Part shown: piece by piece, positions 27,312-40,421 of the stretch
How positions within the stretch are numbered: the first letter of the stretch is position 1
How the letters are laid out: every line of letters begins with the position of its first letter
From: Vermamoeba vermiformis
Taxonomy: Eukaryota
Length of the DNA stretch: 64,000 nucleotides
Assembly (NCBI GenBank): GCA_045837725.1
Contig: JBEWZL010000080.1
Span: 1-64,000 of the forward strand
Direction: 5' to 3'
The notes under the pieces: generated by a model
Seen by the model: only the letters and a program-made list of their open reading frames with translations
Told to the model about the DNA's origin: nothing
The model's database searches: none
Position numbers and translations under genes: made by a program

Positions 27312-30131
27312 ATGAAGATCGCGCACGTTGCTATACTCGTGCTTTCAATCGCGGTGGTATCATTTGCTGCCAAGTTAGCCGACTCAGGCTATCCTACTTA
27401 TGCCGCCAATGCACAAAGAAATTGGAAAAGTAGCCGACCGGTAGGCATCACTACGTCGCGATCACGCGCGTAAATTAAAAATTTTACAGTGCTGTAATAA
27501 CCCTTATGAATTTACAAAATATATTTCTATTTGATGCTTGATTGCAATTTATGCATTTGTGCTTTTGATTAATTTTGGCAACGGGATCGATCCGTTGCAA
27601 TTAAATCAGAGCTGTTCATCTAATCCTTTTTAGCTAAAATGTATTATTTTGGTGCTTATTACTTTAATGACGATTTATTTTTTAGCTCTCTTGCGATGTA
27701 GCGAAAGGAAAAACAACCGTGCTTCAAGTTGCTTGGCAATTTGATCAAACTGGCAATCCATCAGGATTTGCATTTTCTTCTAATAGAGAGTTCACTATCG
27801 ATGAGCAAGTAAGTTTCGGTTAAACTCCCAAAATTATGGATCTAACTCATACCAATCCAAAAAAGGGATTTATGTACATTACCGGTCCTTTCCCCGAATC
27901 GCCGTTAACTGCAAGACTTCATATCAATGGTACTTTTTATCCTACACCAACGTAAGACAAGATCCGTTAAAATTTAGAAAAAAAGTTAACCGCATCTGCC
28001 CCGTTAGGTACACACCGATTTTCCAGGACTCTGTTCCAACGCAAGTCCAAGGCAAAGAGATGTACATAGGTGGTAGCGGCGATTCAGCTCGCGTTAATAC
28101 CAACACAATGACCCAGACTGCGTATTTCGCAGATGCTGTTTTGGGCGAAGGTCATTCTTCATACGTTCCTTTTGGCAACAACTTGATGGTGAAGACCAAC
28201 CAGGGAGCTCCATATCAAGATAATGCCTTCACGTACTTCTCTATTGGTACTAATGCTGAGGCTTCCGGCCAAACCCAAATCGTTGTCGGACAACCGCAAC
28301 TCAACGTGATGGTGTTCAACAATAGTGGCGTGGACATTGCCATTGCCGTTGGAGATACAGGAAACGGTTGGATGGTCGGAAGTACCGCTTGGGCTCCGAT
28401 CCCGATGGATCGCGCAATTTACAACGCGTTTGTCTCCGGTAACGAATTGGTTCTGCTTTGTGATGCTGCTCAAGGCGATGTCGGTGCTATTTATAGACTT
28501 AACGCAGTAAGTTTGCTTTTTACGATACTTTTTTTTGGCACGTGCTTTGGATCAGGACTCCAATTGACCGTTATTTTTTGAAGGCTACCGGTCAACTTAT
28601 TACCACGCACAATTTTACTACGTATCAAGGAGCAACGTATTATCTTGCCAACACCGCGTTCGTTATGTATCAAAATGGAAAGTCTCTGGCTTCTGTTACC
28701 TTTGGTGAATCATCTGTAAGTTATTCAATGCCGCTTTAATTTCTTATGGTCTAATTTTTTAAAGAACTTCTTCGTGGATCTGATAAACGAAGTTGAATAC
28801 GGAAATGCCTTCCCAGGCTATTTTAGCAATGCTCATCCTATTATGTCATCCGGTACGTGTTCTTGGTGTTTTTGGTACGCTTAAACTATGGACTAACCAT
28901 AAATTTTTTTACAGATGATATTGTGCTTTTGCCTTTAGCTGGCTCTGGCTCCAAAATCGAGTTTATTGGCTACGACTGGGAAAGCCGCGATTTGAAAATT
29001 CGCGGAAGACTTCCGGTCACGTACAACTCCCAGAGCGCAGGTGCCCCGGCCATTTCTGAAAATTGCAACGTGCATATTGTCGTTGATAACTCCGTCTATA
29101 CATTGGCTCCAATGCCGCTTCAAAACATCGTGCCAATCTTGGAGTGCGTTGATGCTGCCGGCAACGGTTACTTCGCGTACAACAACCTGGAGCAAAAACC
29201 AGTTTGGATCCCGCAGCTCCACGATAGAAACAATATCACTATTGTGGTAAGTTTCTTTAAACTTTCGGGTAACCGATGATACTTACCTTTAGTAGAACAA
29301 TACACCGTTCGAAGACTTTGCAGTTGGTCGTAGCCCTTATTTCCCACTCTCGTCCAAGATCTATCTTGGTACAAATGGCACGTTCACTTGGACCTTAGAA
29401 GACTACACTTTGACTTTCACAATTGGCCCGAGCATTGCCTGCCCAACTAGTAAGTCACCGCCATTATTTTCGTTACAACTTTATTAATCGATGTTAAAAT
29501 AGACGTCACATTTACTATCATTTTGACGGCCAGTTCACCGTTCCCCGCTGGCTTCAAAGAAATCGTTCGATCGACATTTGTAAATGTCACTGGCATCAGC
29601 GACAATCGTGTCACTGTTGTCAATACTGGCAAGCGAGACGTGACTCAGACTAGCACCTTGGAGACTGAGCTCGAAATTGCACCTGGTACGTAATTACGCG
29701 GTAATTGCAGTCTGAGACTACAATATCTTACTAACAATGATTACTTTGCAGACAATACGAACACTGAGCCCTCGCCGCAAGAAGTTGTTTCTAACTTTGT
29801 GTCATCTGAAACAACACAAGCTCAATTCGTCTCTGCGATCAACAGCACTACCGATGCTCCCTCAATAACTAGTTTAGGTGCGAACCTTTGATTGATTATA
29901 CGTGCATAACGGAGGCAAGCCATACTACTGTTAATATATCTAGACTTAGCGGGCAAATCATTGTCTACTGAGGTACAAGGTGTTTTGCCACCGCCAGTAG
30001 CAGCGCCGATTATTGTGGAAGAGCCGGTCGCACAACCTAAAGCGGTACCGATTGCCCCTACATCAAGTGCAGGTTTAATTAGCGTATCTATATTCTTTAC
30101 TTTTGTATATTCATTTATTTCGTATTTGTAA
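27312..30131 (+). CDS. GPI-type surface protein family, paralog 1
   Basis: Signal peptide + LADSGYPTYAANAQRN; PLQNIVPILEC..GYFAYNNLE; TASSPFPAGF..TFVNVTGISD.RVT..KR..LETELEIAP; P/A-rich tail; hydrophobic end. Confidence 0.85.
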
Positions 30132-30285
30132 TCTCGATAAATTCCCTCGTGACAACTGCGTGCTCCTGTCACCAAAGTTGTAAATCTCCCGTTTTGCCAT
30201 CGGGACTTGCGACATCGATTTCGCTTTTCGCTTGCAAGCTGCAAAACACCGGTAATTGCAATACAATTCTGTTCTGAAGCGTCCG

Positions 30286-33049
30286 ATGCCGGATCGTAAA
30301 GAATTTTTTTGTTGGCTGCTTCTAGGCCAGATCTTGCTGGTCAATGTAGTATACAGTGCAAAGTTAGCTGATTCCGGTTATCCAATGGCTGGAGCTAATC
30401 CTCAACGAAATTATCAATTAACAGAAAGGTAAAAATGAACGCAACAACACGACTCGAAAGATAATCTTTCAAACCAAATAGCATTATAATTGGTAATATT
30501 TAAATTATAATATTAGTAGTAGGCGAACTAATTAACATGATTTATTTTGTTTTTTAGTTTTGCTTTTTCTAATCCGCGATGTTACGCAGGTTTTATGCCC
30601 AAACGTCTCCGGCGGTAAATCAACCATATTAAATGTAGCATGGGTGTGGCCGCCTAGCAATTTTCCGCTCCAATGGGACTCCGTAGCACACCGAGAAATT
30701 ACTATGGACGCTGACGTGCGTATTAAACCATTGGAAAATATTATAATTATTTTATAGGGATACATATATTTAGCTGGATACGTTTTCATTGAAGGAAATG
30801 GCCTGCAATCGAAAGTTTTCAAGATTCACTCATCTGGAAACGCTTCCCTGACCACTATGTAATCAGTTTCTATTATTTATCTAGGAAATTAATCGTATCA
30901 TGCAGGACAAACTCGGTTCCACTAGAGCAATCAGTATACACTCACTTGGAAGGCGGTCTTTATTATTCAGCCAACGATAACGCTACCTTCGCTTGGAACC
31001 CTGATTTATCGTTAAATACGAGGATAGATAACGTATTTAATTCTATTGGTCCCTCGTCCGTCGCTCCTCTCGGATCAGATTATCTCGTCAAATCGAATGA
31101 CGGCAGCGAAACAGATCCCGCGCTTACCTTTATCAAAGTGCCAGAGAATACTGTTGATGTATCTAATAACCCCAACTTTATTGTTGGCTATACTACTCCT
31201 GTTATGGTCTACAAGAACGCGACACACGAGTTTCCGATTGTTGCGTCGAACACTTCACCTGCCACTTTCACATCTATGTATTACAATGGTTCGCTGCCAC
31301 GAGAAAGTGCTAAAGCGATGATAGACGGCTCTGAAATCATTTCTATAACGCAAAATACTGATGTGAAGATCTACAGAATAAGTGCCGTAAGTGGGACGTC
31401 AGTCCATAAACTGTTTACTGAGATTTCCTTTTAGGAAACTGGTGTTATCTTGGAAGAGAAGGGTGTCACTGTTGTAACTGGAGAGAGTGTCAGCTTGTCA
31501 GATCCGTCAAAATTTCTATATCATAATGGACGATCGCTTGCTGATGTCAGCCTTGGTGATGAGGTAGAAAGAACGGAATTATTTAATTTGAACTTTGTTC
31601 ATTACTAACTGCGATTCATACTCGTAGCATGCCTTTGCAGACCTTTATAACGACGAACTGATTGTCGAACGAACTGGAGAAATGCTTACCCAACCAACTT
31701 ATTCTACAGGTGAAGCTTGATCGTACTATTATATGTTATTCCGAGATGCTTAATTAATCGTGATTGATTTTAGTGGACAACGTCGTGATCGCTACTCTTT
31801 ATCGCGGAAATTTAGAATTTTGGGGCCTGGGTTGGGGAACCTGGGACGTTAAAATGAAGGCTGTGGGACCAGAGTTCAATAGTGCTACTGTAAGTAATCG
31901 AGACCTAGATCCTCTGTTTTAAGAAATTGTCGCGCTGACACTTTTGGCAGGGCTTTCCTATCTTCTCTGAAGACTGCAAGATGCACGTTGTAGTCGATCA
32001 AAATCTCTACACTCTCGAGCCACTGCCTATTCAAAATGTCGTGCCTATTCTCGAGTGCATTGATCCTGAGTGGGGTGTCGGATACTTTTCGTATGACAAT
32101 CTTGGACAACGCGAGTTCCAGATTCCGGCCATCCAAGACCGAAACTTTGTCGCAGCAGTGGTAAGTCTACTCGGTCTCGTCATTACTATGTTATATTAAC
32201 TCGGCTATGTTAGAATGATACTCCTATTACATCGTTTAAACTCGGTCATGGACCCACATATCCTTTGTCCAACATCTTGTCTCTGCCGTTGGAGAACAGT
32301 ACTTACACTTGGCAGCTCGAAAATTACCTTCTTAGCTTCAATCCTTCGGACTCTAAATTGTATTGCCCTACGAGTAAGTGTTTGTAAAGTATTGTTTGGA
32401 TGCGGATCTAACGTAACTTACCCTTGTAGCGGTCAATTTGACCATTGTCTTGACAGCCGATGCGCCTTTCCCTGCTAGTTTTAATCAAAAGGTGCGAAGC
32501 ACGTTTGTTTCTGTGACGGGAATTAGTGACAGTCGTGTCACAATTGTCACGAGCTCCAAGCGAAGTACCACTCAATCGAGCGAATTAGAAACAGAACTTT
32601 CTATTGCTCCTGGTGTGTGCCTTCATATCATGACTTTATTATTGACACTAACGTGATTATTAGATCCTAATAATGTGGAAAATTCTCCTGCACAAGTCGT
32701 GACAGAGTTCGCCACCAACCAACGAGATGCGTTCAACCAACAGATTAGCGCTGCCGACGGAGCTCCAGCCAATGTCACCGTATCATGTAAGTATTTACAA
32801 CTTAATTATATAAGCTAATATAATACAGCCGTTACCACGAAGCCGTTAGCGAGCCAGATTCGCGGATCCACAGAGGAAACTCCTTCGGCCCCACCTTCAA
32901 TTCCGACCAATGAGCCACAAGAAAGTTCGCAAGAACCTCAAGCGGTACCTTCTACAGCTAATTTCCTTTCCGGTATTGTTGGAATTCCATTTTTACTGTT
33001 TTGCTATTTCGGCGGTTCGCTTGCCATAAATAACAAATTCAGATGTTAA
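30286..33049 (+). CDS. GPI-type surface protein family, paralog 2
   Basis: MPDRKEFFCWLLLG..AKLADSGYPMAGANPQRN; LPIQNVVPILEC; TADAPFPASF..KRSTT..LETELSIAP; intron positions shared with paralog 1. Confidence 0.85.
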
Positions 33050-33082
33050 TTATTGCTGTCGTTTTTTTTGTAATTAACACAG

Positions 33083-35787
33083 ATGGACTCACGGCATCGG
33101 AGGAAGAAAAGTGAGCAATTGGCGGTCTGCTCGATCCTCATCTGTTCGATGCTCTTTCTTATACCAAATATTAATGCCGAGGTACTTGCAAACTCTGGGT
33201 ACCCAACTGCAGGTGCTAACGCTGAAAGAAATTTCATGATCAACCGCCCTGTAAGTGGTAGCCGTTATTTTTAATTAATTGCATAAAAAATAGTAATGCC
33301 TTTATCTTAAGTTCGCTTATTAAATAATAGTAATATTTACTTATATTTACATTTACGCAGTTTCTTTGCCCGACGGTGTCCGGAGGAAAAACCACGGTGC
33401 TGAATCCAGCATGGATTTGGCCTCCAGACGACGTTATCTTTAGCTTTACCAGCAAAGAGATAACTGTTGATGAATTCGTAAGTCGGCTTCAATTATTAAA
33501 TGACGCTTAATATTTCTATCTAGGGGCAAATTTACGTACAAGGATTCGATACCACCGAACGAGTTATTAAAATCGATATTAATACCGGCCAGCGCGCTGC
33601 AGCAGAGTAGGATATTAAATTTTTAGCAATAACTTTATTAACAATATTGCTTTAGCTACCAAACCACTACTTTCATCGATCCGGTTTTAACGCACGTACA
33701 AGGCAACAAATTTTACATGTCGAAGACGGGCTCTACAGCAGTCATTAATAGCGCTACTATGGTTGCTTTGTATGATTTCCAGGACGCAGTTTCTGGAACG
33801 GGTCCATCGTCTTTTGTGCCCTGGTCATCGAACTACATGATTGAAAGCAACATTAACCCTCCTGACCCCACCATCGTTTCCATCCAATATTATGACGCTG
33901 TAAACAACGTCTTCAACACGAATTTACAACAATTCTTTGTTGGCCAACCCGTGCTCGCAATGGTCTACAAAAATAATACCATCGTGCTCGTTGGCTGGCA
34001 TCCTAATGATGGTGTTAGTTATATTCAAACGTCGAATTGGACCGTGAATATGAACGAAAGTCCAAAACGAGCTTGGATTGAAGATGACGAGCTGGTCATA
34101 CAAGCCGTCGAAGTCGTGCTATTAAAGTACCATTTGGTAAGCCTTCGCCTTATTTTTTTTAACCCGTTAACTAATAGAATATGTATATTAGAGCAATGGA
34201 ACTCAAACATTCCGCAAATCTTACAACCAGTATCAAAACAACTATTACAGTGGAGCTCCGTGGCTCATGTACTACAAAGGTCAATCGTTCTCACAAGTGA
34301 CTATTGGTGAGCAGGTACGTAATGATAATATTAGTAATAGTTAGCTCGTGAAACATGTTAATAGTGTGGACTATTAGACTTTCTACGTGGACATTATCAA
34401 TGAGGTGAATTTTACCGGCCCAGTTCCCGCTGCATTGCAAGCTCAGCCGATCTTGTCTAAAAGTAATCGTAAAACATATTATTATGATAATCTAATCACC
34501 TTGTTGCAGTGGACAATACTTTGTTTATCGCTCAATCCAACATCGGGTTTGACGTCGAATTCATGGGTCTCGAATGGGGTTCATGGCAAGTTAAACTCGT
34601 TGGGCAATTGGCTCAGGGTGTTTCTATTGGTGACCTTGGTCAGATGGCAAGTACTTTATTAATTAGCGAATAGCGTTTTAGATGGACCAATTGGCTAACG
34701 CACTAAATAGGGAACTCCAATCTTTCACGATAATTGTCAAGCTGCTGTGGTGTTAGGCTCAAAGCTGTACGGACTCCAGCCACTACCCATTCAAAACGTC
34801 GTGCCAATCGTCGAGTGTTACAATCCTAATGATGGCCGTGCCTTCTTCTCTTACAACAACCTCGAGTCTAAATCTTTCATTCTGCCACGCGCCGACGATC
34901 GTAACAACATCTCGCCTTTGGTACGTCATTATTTTTACATAAAATGTCACCCTAATTTTCGTGCAGAATGTTGTCCCTGTGAAAACTTTTGCTACTGGCC
35001 GTGGTCCTGCATACCCGCTGTCGCTTCAAGTGTTCCTGGGCTTCGAGAACGCTACGTACACTTGGACTTTGGAAGACTACGTGTTGACTTTCACTGTTAG
35101 CCCGAGCCTCTATTGCCCTCAATGTAAGCTCATCTTACTACTCTCATGCGTACTTAACTTTTATGTAATTAGCTGCTAATATTGTTATCACTTTGACGGC
35201 CGATTCACCGTTCCCCGCTGGCTTCAAAGAAATCGTTCGATCGACGTTTGTAAATGTCACTGGCATCAGCGACAATCGTGTCACTGTTGTCAATACTGGC
35301 AAGCGAGATGTGACTCAGACCAGCACCTTGGAGACTGAGCTTCAAGTAGATCCGGGTAAGCTACTTTGAATGGTCAAAACGAGTAAATAGCTCAATAATC
35401 TTTTGTTCATAGATGCCACTAATACGGAGCCTGACCCGAGTTCAGTCGTTCAAAACTTCGTTTCGTCGCAACAACAAGATTTCAACACTAAAATTTCTGA
35501 AGCAGATGGCGCGCCGTCTAATGTTCAGACGGGTAAGTGTTTTCCCAAGTCATTTTTGCCCAACTCAACAAGTTAACTTGAGTTGGTTTACTTTAGATGT
35601 TACTGGTAAAGAACCTAGCACGGCTTTGCAAGGAACAATTCCTCCTAAAGCTGTTCCTGCGGCACCGCCAGACGCTACATCTGCACCTGTATCGACGAAT
35701 CAGCCCATCAAACCTACCTCTGAAGCCACACGTGCCACCTCTTATATATTTTCACTACTGTTGTTGGCTTTATGTTTAATCAGCTAA
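33083..35787 (+). CDS. GPI-type surface protein family, paralog 3
   Basis: EVLANSGYPTAGANAERN; LPIQNVVPIVEC; TADSPFPAGF; ends SYIFSLLLLALCLIS. Confidence 0.85.
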
Positions 35788-36870
35788 GTATAAAGTACAA
35801 TTAATTTTAGATGTGTCGCCCGCTTTTAGATCTGATAGCGAACAATTGGACCTTGGGATAAAATGCGCTTATAGTCAGAGGATACGCAGTACGGCTATGT
35901 AAGTAATGGACTTAACTGTCTTAATGTGAAAGCTTGTTGACAACAAATCTGATCAAATGCTCCGCAGATCCGTGGACTGTGCCGAAAGAACAATAGGTAC
36001 TTCATTAATATTAATACGATTTGCCGCCGCAGCGTAGGTTCGAACACTTAATGGCATTAGAAAAATTGGCACATCTGATCTGTCTGTAGGTACACCCAAT
36101 TGAAGGAAGTGAATAAGAACAGCGGTTCTAGCATCAAACTGCGTATAATTGCGTTACATACTTGTGACAGTTGCAGGTGAATGCTTGTATTTGTCCGCAG
36201 ATATTTTTTGTTTTTTTCGTAACATTTTAACTCCGATGTTAGGCAGGTGACAGTTGTTGCAATATTCAATTAGAGTACCCGCGAGTCTATTTTCAAAGTT
36301 GCTTTTAAAAGCAACTTTGAGCCAACGGCGATGCTAGATCGAAAAAGTCCGTTCCGCAATTACTTCTCCACTTGACTGGCCCGTAGCGACCCTTATAAGG
36401 ATAATGTTGGACTAGGTACGTGCAAAATATTGCATTCAATTGACGAAATCTCGGCTGCTACACAACATTTGCGGTACTTGCGATTGATATATTGTGCGAG
36501 TATTCTAAAGATCAGTTCGCGTAATACTGATTCTTACTGCAATAAGAACTACTTCGAATCAAATTTGTTTAAATTCATTCGAAATTTTCGGGTGTACAAA
36601 AAAATTTGCGGTGATCCCGAAAATACATACGAATCAGTGAACCGCGAATTAATCCTACAATCTATGGATTATAATTAATTGTATTCCACCTCGGATAGCA
36701 ATCTGACGGCGTAGCAATGAAGTTTGTGTTTTTATCCGTTTCACAATTTTTGGCGCGGCAATGTTACCTCTCATACCCTTGTTATTTAATATTAAAGAAA
36801 CGTTCATCGACCTAATCAACTTTTATTTGAGTTTAATAGGAACTGATTTGCAATCGGATCGCAAAAAAGT

Positions 36871-37640
36871 TTAGAGCAACAAAGCTACAACAGACAGAAG
36901 TCCGCTAGCGGCCAAAGCGGCAGCAGAGGAGGCCTTAGGAGCGGCAGTAGGGTGAGTGGGGGTAGTGGGGGTAGTGGGGGCGGTGGGAGTTGCAGTGGTG
37001 GGCTCGGCGGTGGGCTCAGCGACAGGAGCGGCTTCTTCTTGGCATTGAGTCAAGGCAAAGTTGTAGCCAGCAATGCCAGAAGAGGTGCAAGTGTAAGTGT
37101 TGTTGAAGTTGGAAACAACAGCGCTGGTGGTGCAAGTAGTGGAGCTCACGGCACTGGCACCATCGGTAGGGGCAACATTGACGATAGATGAAGTGTTGCT
37201 AGAGCAAGATCCGAGGTCGGCAGCCAAGAAAGAAGAAGTGGGAGCTTGAGGATTTGGGGTGAAGATGAAGCAAGTATCAGGCATACCAGCGAGCCAAGCA
37301 CCAGCATTAGCGCAACCATCGTCCCAGAGGCTTGCAACAACCCAGGAAGGAGAGAATGCGGGAACAGCGGTAGCGGAGCAATTCTGTAAGTAGAAGTGAC
37401 CAGAACCAGCGCCGAATTGAGTGCAAGTGGTGACGTCGGCAGTGCATCCCTAATAAATAAAAAGTGAGATCGCAAAACCAAAAATTTGGTCAGATTTGTA
37501 CATACGGTGGTAACGGTGTTCACGTATTGACCAACAAGAGCAGTGCAATTATCGTTGGAGTAGATGCTGGTGACAGCAAACGTAGTCTGGGCCATAGCGG
37601 AGGCGGCGAAGAGAGCAATCAAAGCAATAACGAACTTCAT
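36871..37640 (-). CDS. Small secreted Cys-rich, P/T/A-tailed GPI-type protein
   Basis: MKFVIALIALFAASAMAQ signal, about 10 Cys, TAPTTPTTPTHP stalk, ASSAAALAASGLLSVVALLL end; one intron near 37450-37503; strong codon bias. Confidence 0.85.
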
Positions 37641-39607
37641 TGTCAATAACTTGTAGCGTGTGCTGTTGATTGAATTGTATGAGGTAGATGAAATGAAAAG
37701 ATTCGCCGCGATGGTTTTTATGCCTGCGGGCCACGTGTACGATGTGATTGTAAATTTAGTAAAAAGTACCCAAATTTCAATGTGAAACATTTTGAAGCCT
37801 TGATGACAGGTCGCCGAAAACATTGAAATAATATATAAGGAGATAAATCATATACTGTCCAATAAAAGGTCCTATTGTCGTCGTGCATCTTCTGCTTCTG
37901 AATAACTTGTGAAAATAGAATTCAATCTTTTTAAAAGAATTGCCTAATATGAGCAATTTCCTTGATCCAAGCTATCAAATAATGAGACGACGTTGATTGA
38001 GTTCGGGTCACTCCTAGTATACTTTCAAAAAAGTGCTGCAGAATGAGTTTATGGAGATCTGTCGAAATCACAACGTTGGATCGCGCAGGACAATCCCGTG
38101 AAGCGACATACATTGCACGATTACGCGCGGACCAACTAAATAGAAGAATATCAACGAAACCGTGCCGAAAACTCAGAAATCGCATTTATTGGACGGAATT
38201 GTCGGATTTGTTTCAAGAGTTTGCTTTTTTTTATCGATTAATGGCGGAATGTTGAAAGATATTGTAAACACAGTCCAGACAAAGAGGTAATCTGGAAGTA
38301 ATCTCCCTCGAAACTTTTTTGGATCTCTTCCAACTTTCTTACCCACCTTGTTTCGAACCTCTAATCTGAAATATCACCCATGCGTACGTATAATCAGTGT
38401 TTTATCGCAGCGGGACTACTCATTGCAGTGATCTCTATCGCGAACGGAGCCGAAGTGCTTGCTAACTCAGGTTATCCGTGCCTGGGTGGAAACGCGCAGA
38501 GAACATACAAAATCGATAGGAATGTAAGTAATATTGCAGCTTGCTATTCGATTAACCGCTTTTTTGTGCACGATAATAAATATTGCTTTAATATTCGTGC
38601 TAATTCTCCACGCTGTTTAATAATTGCTAAACGTGTGTTTAAAAATAGTAAATTGGATATTTATACTAATTTTATTAGTTTCATTGTCCGGCGCAGACCA
38701 ACGGAAGGTCAACAGTTTTGAATGTTGCCTGGATTTGGCCGCCAGATAACTTTGACTTCGATTTCGTCAGTACTGAAATTACTACGGATGCGGAGGTAAA
38801 AATAATTTCCTACGATTACCGTTTATATCAAAGTTTAATTTTAATTTTAAAGGATCACATCTACGTACAAGGAAAAAATGCGACGACTAATATAATTTAT
38901 CGAGTACACTTCGAGAATGGAACATTATCGACTACTGATAGCGGGTATAATAATGTTCTAAATATCACCGTGATATTAATTTTTTGGTACCAAAAGGTAT
39001 ATTCCGACGGGGGATCCGCCAGCTTCCCTCACTCACGTTGCTAATGGATTTATGTACATGGCCTCGGCAACATGGTCTGAATACGTAGAAGAAAGTTCAA
39101 TGAGCGCATTTGTTACAGCGTCGCATACCGTGGCTGCTACGAAACCCTCGTCGTACGTGCCCTTCGGCAAGTATATGCTCAGATCCAACGTGGGAGCGGT
39201 CGCAGTTAATGATTATTCCTTGACCTACTGGGACTCTAATGTGCATTTGTTCGACACCAATGCTCCGAACTACCAAGAGGGCCGACCTATTGAGGTCGTA
39301 ATAGGGTCCAACGCGACCTCGGAATTTTGCATTGTTGTCACGGACAGAAGTCCATTCCCAGAATACCCTATTCACTCAGATAGTACGCCCCCTCTAGTTG
39401 CTACCGGAGGTACCTCACCGCCAGTTCGCGCTTGGTTCGAAGACGGACTATTTTACGTTCTTGGTACACAATCTTTTTTGGTTGTAGACGTGCGTAACAA
39501 CTTCTAGCGAAGTTATCATCTCACATTTTTTCTTTTTTTAGTGGTCTAATAGCTCTAATAATATCGATTATTCTCTTAATGGCGGCATCGATGGCCTTTC
39601 TAAAGAT

Positions 39608-39680
39608 GGTAGGAAGTTTTAACGCGTGACAACGTGGAATAAAAAACTTTTGTAAAAGATTTGCAAAAGATTTGCAAAAG
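39608..39680 (+). repeat. Left terminal inverted repeat with internal TTTGCAAAAGA-like tandem units
   Basis: Reverse complement of 49936-50008 with about 5 mismatches. Confidence 0.95.
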
Positions 39681-40217
39681 ATTACCAAATCTTTGGACCA
39701 ACGAAACAAAACTTTTGCTTTATTCAAACAATTCTTTTGACAACGAATAAACGAGTTTTTTCACGTAATTTTTGCTTATTGTGAAAGCACTCTAGAACTA
39801 AGTGCGAGATTAAGTCCTTCTGCGTTGCTGTGCGTAAATTATTGTCCTTCAAGTATTGTCGCAGCTCTTCAACGTCGGCGGAATTGACTGCCTTTGACTT
39901 GAACAATTGTGGTTGAAACCCGTTGTTACGCAACTGTTCAAACGTTGACGAGTCGGTGGTATGACTAACGAAGAATAATTTTGCAGGCAGCTGGTCAAAT
40001 TGGTCGGCCAAGAAAAGGAGTTCCGCACGCGCTTTTTCCGTTGGTGCTAACTTGCTGCGAGTAACGCTATAACAGGGGTTAGAGAGGTACTCGATGTTAA
40101 ATTATTTCTACGCACCTTGCATTATAATTGAGTACGCAGTGCTTAACAATTATGAGGTTCAATTCGAAAGAAATGTTTCCACTAATTTGCTGTGCCATTA
40201 CGGATAGATAATGGTGC

Positions 40218-40389
40218 TGTGACACAACGCCTACATCGCGTGCTGTGGATTATCCCACCAGGATTTAGATTTGTGATTCGTCACGTGCTCGTGACATGTC
40301 TTGTACTTTTCTTTATAAATAAATACTCGTTCTATTCTACTCGAGAGTGCACGACTATTGCTCTTTATTTAAATCATAGTTACATCACA
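40218..40389 (+). repeat. 5' LTR
   Basis: Appears identical to 46024-46195; TG...CA ends; contains AATAAA. Confidence 0.97.
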
Positions 40390-40391
40390 TT

Positions 40392-40402
40392 TGGCGACAC
40401 CT
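40392..40402 (+). promoter_or_regulatory. Primer-binding site (TGGCGACACCT)
   Basis: TGG starts 2 nt after the 5' LTR; implies a tRNA with discriminator G and 5' end GACACCU (a Ser tRNA is a guess). Confidence 0.7.
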
Positions 40403-40421
40403 ATCGAAACGAACTTTTGCG

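Noticed and set aside
36020-36056. GTAGGTTCGAA, resembling a tRNA T-arm
   Set aside because: No pairing T-stem, acceptor stem or D-arm could be built.
39648-39683. TTTGCAAAAGA tandem units as a CRISPR or satellite
   Set aside because: No spacers; they are subterminal repeats inside the TIR.
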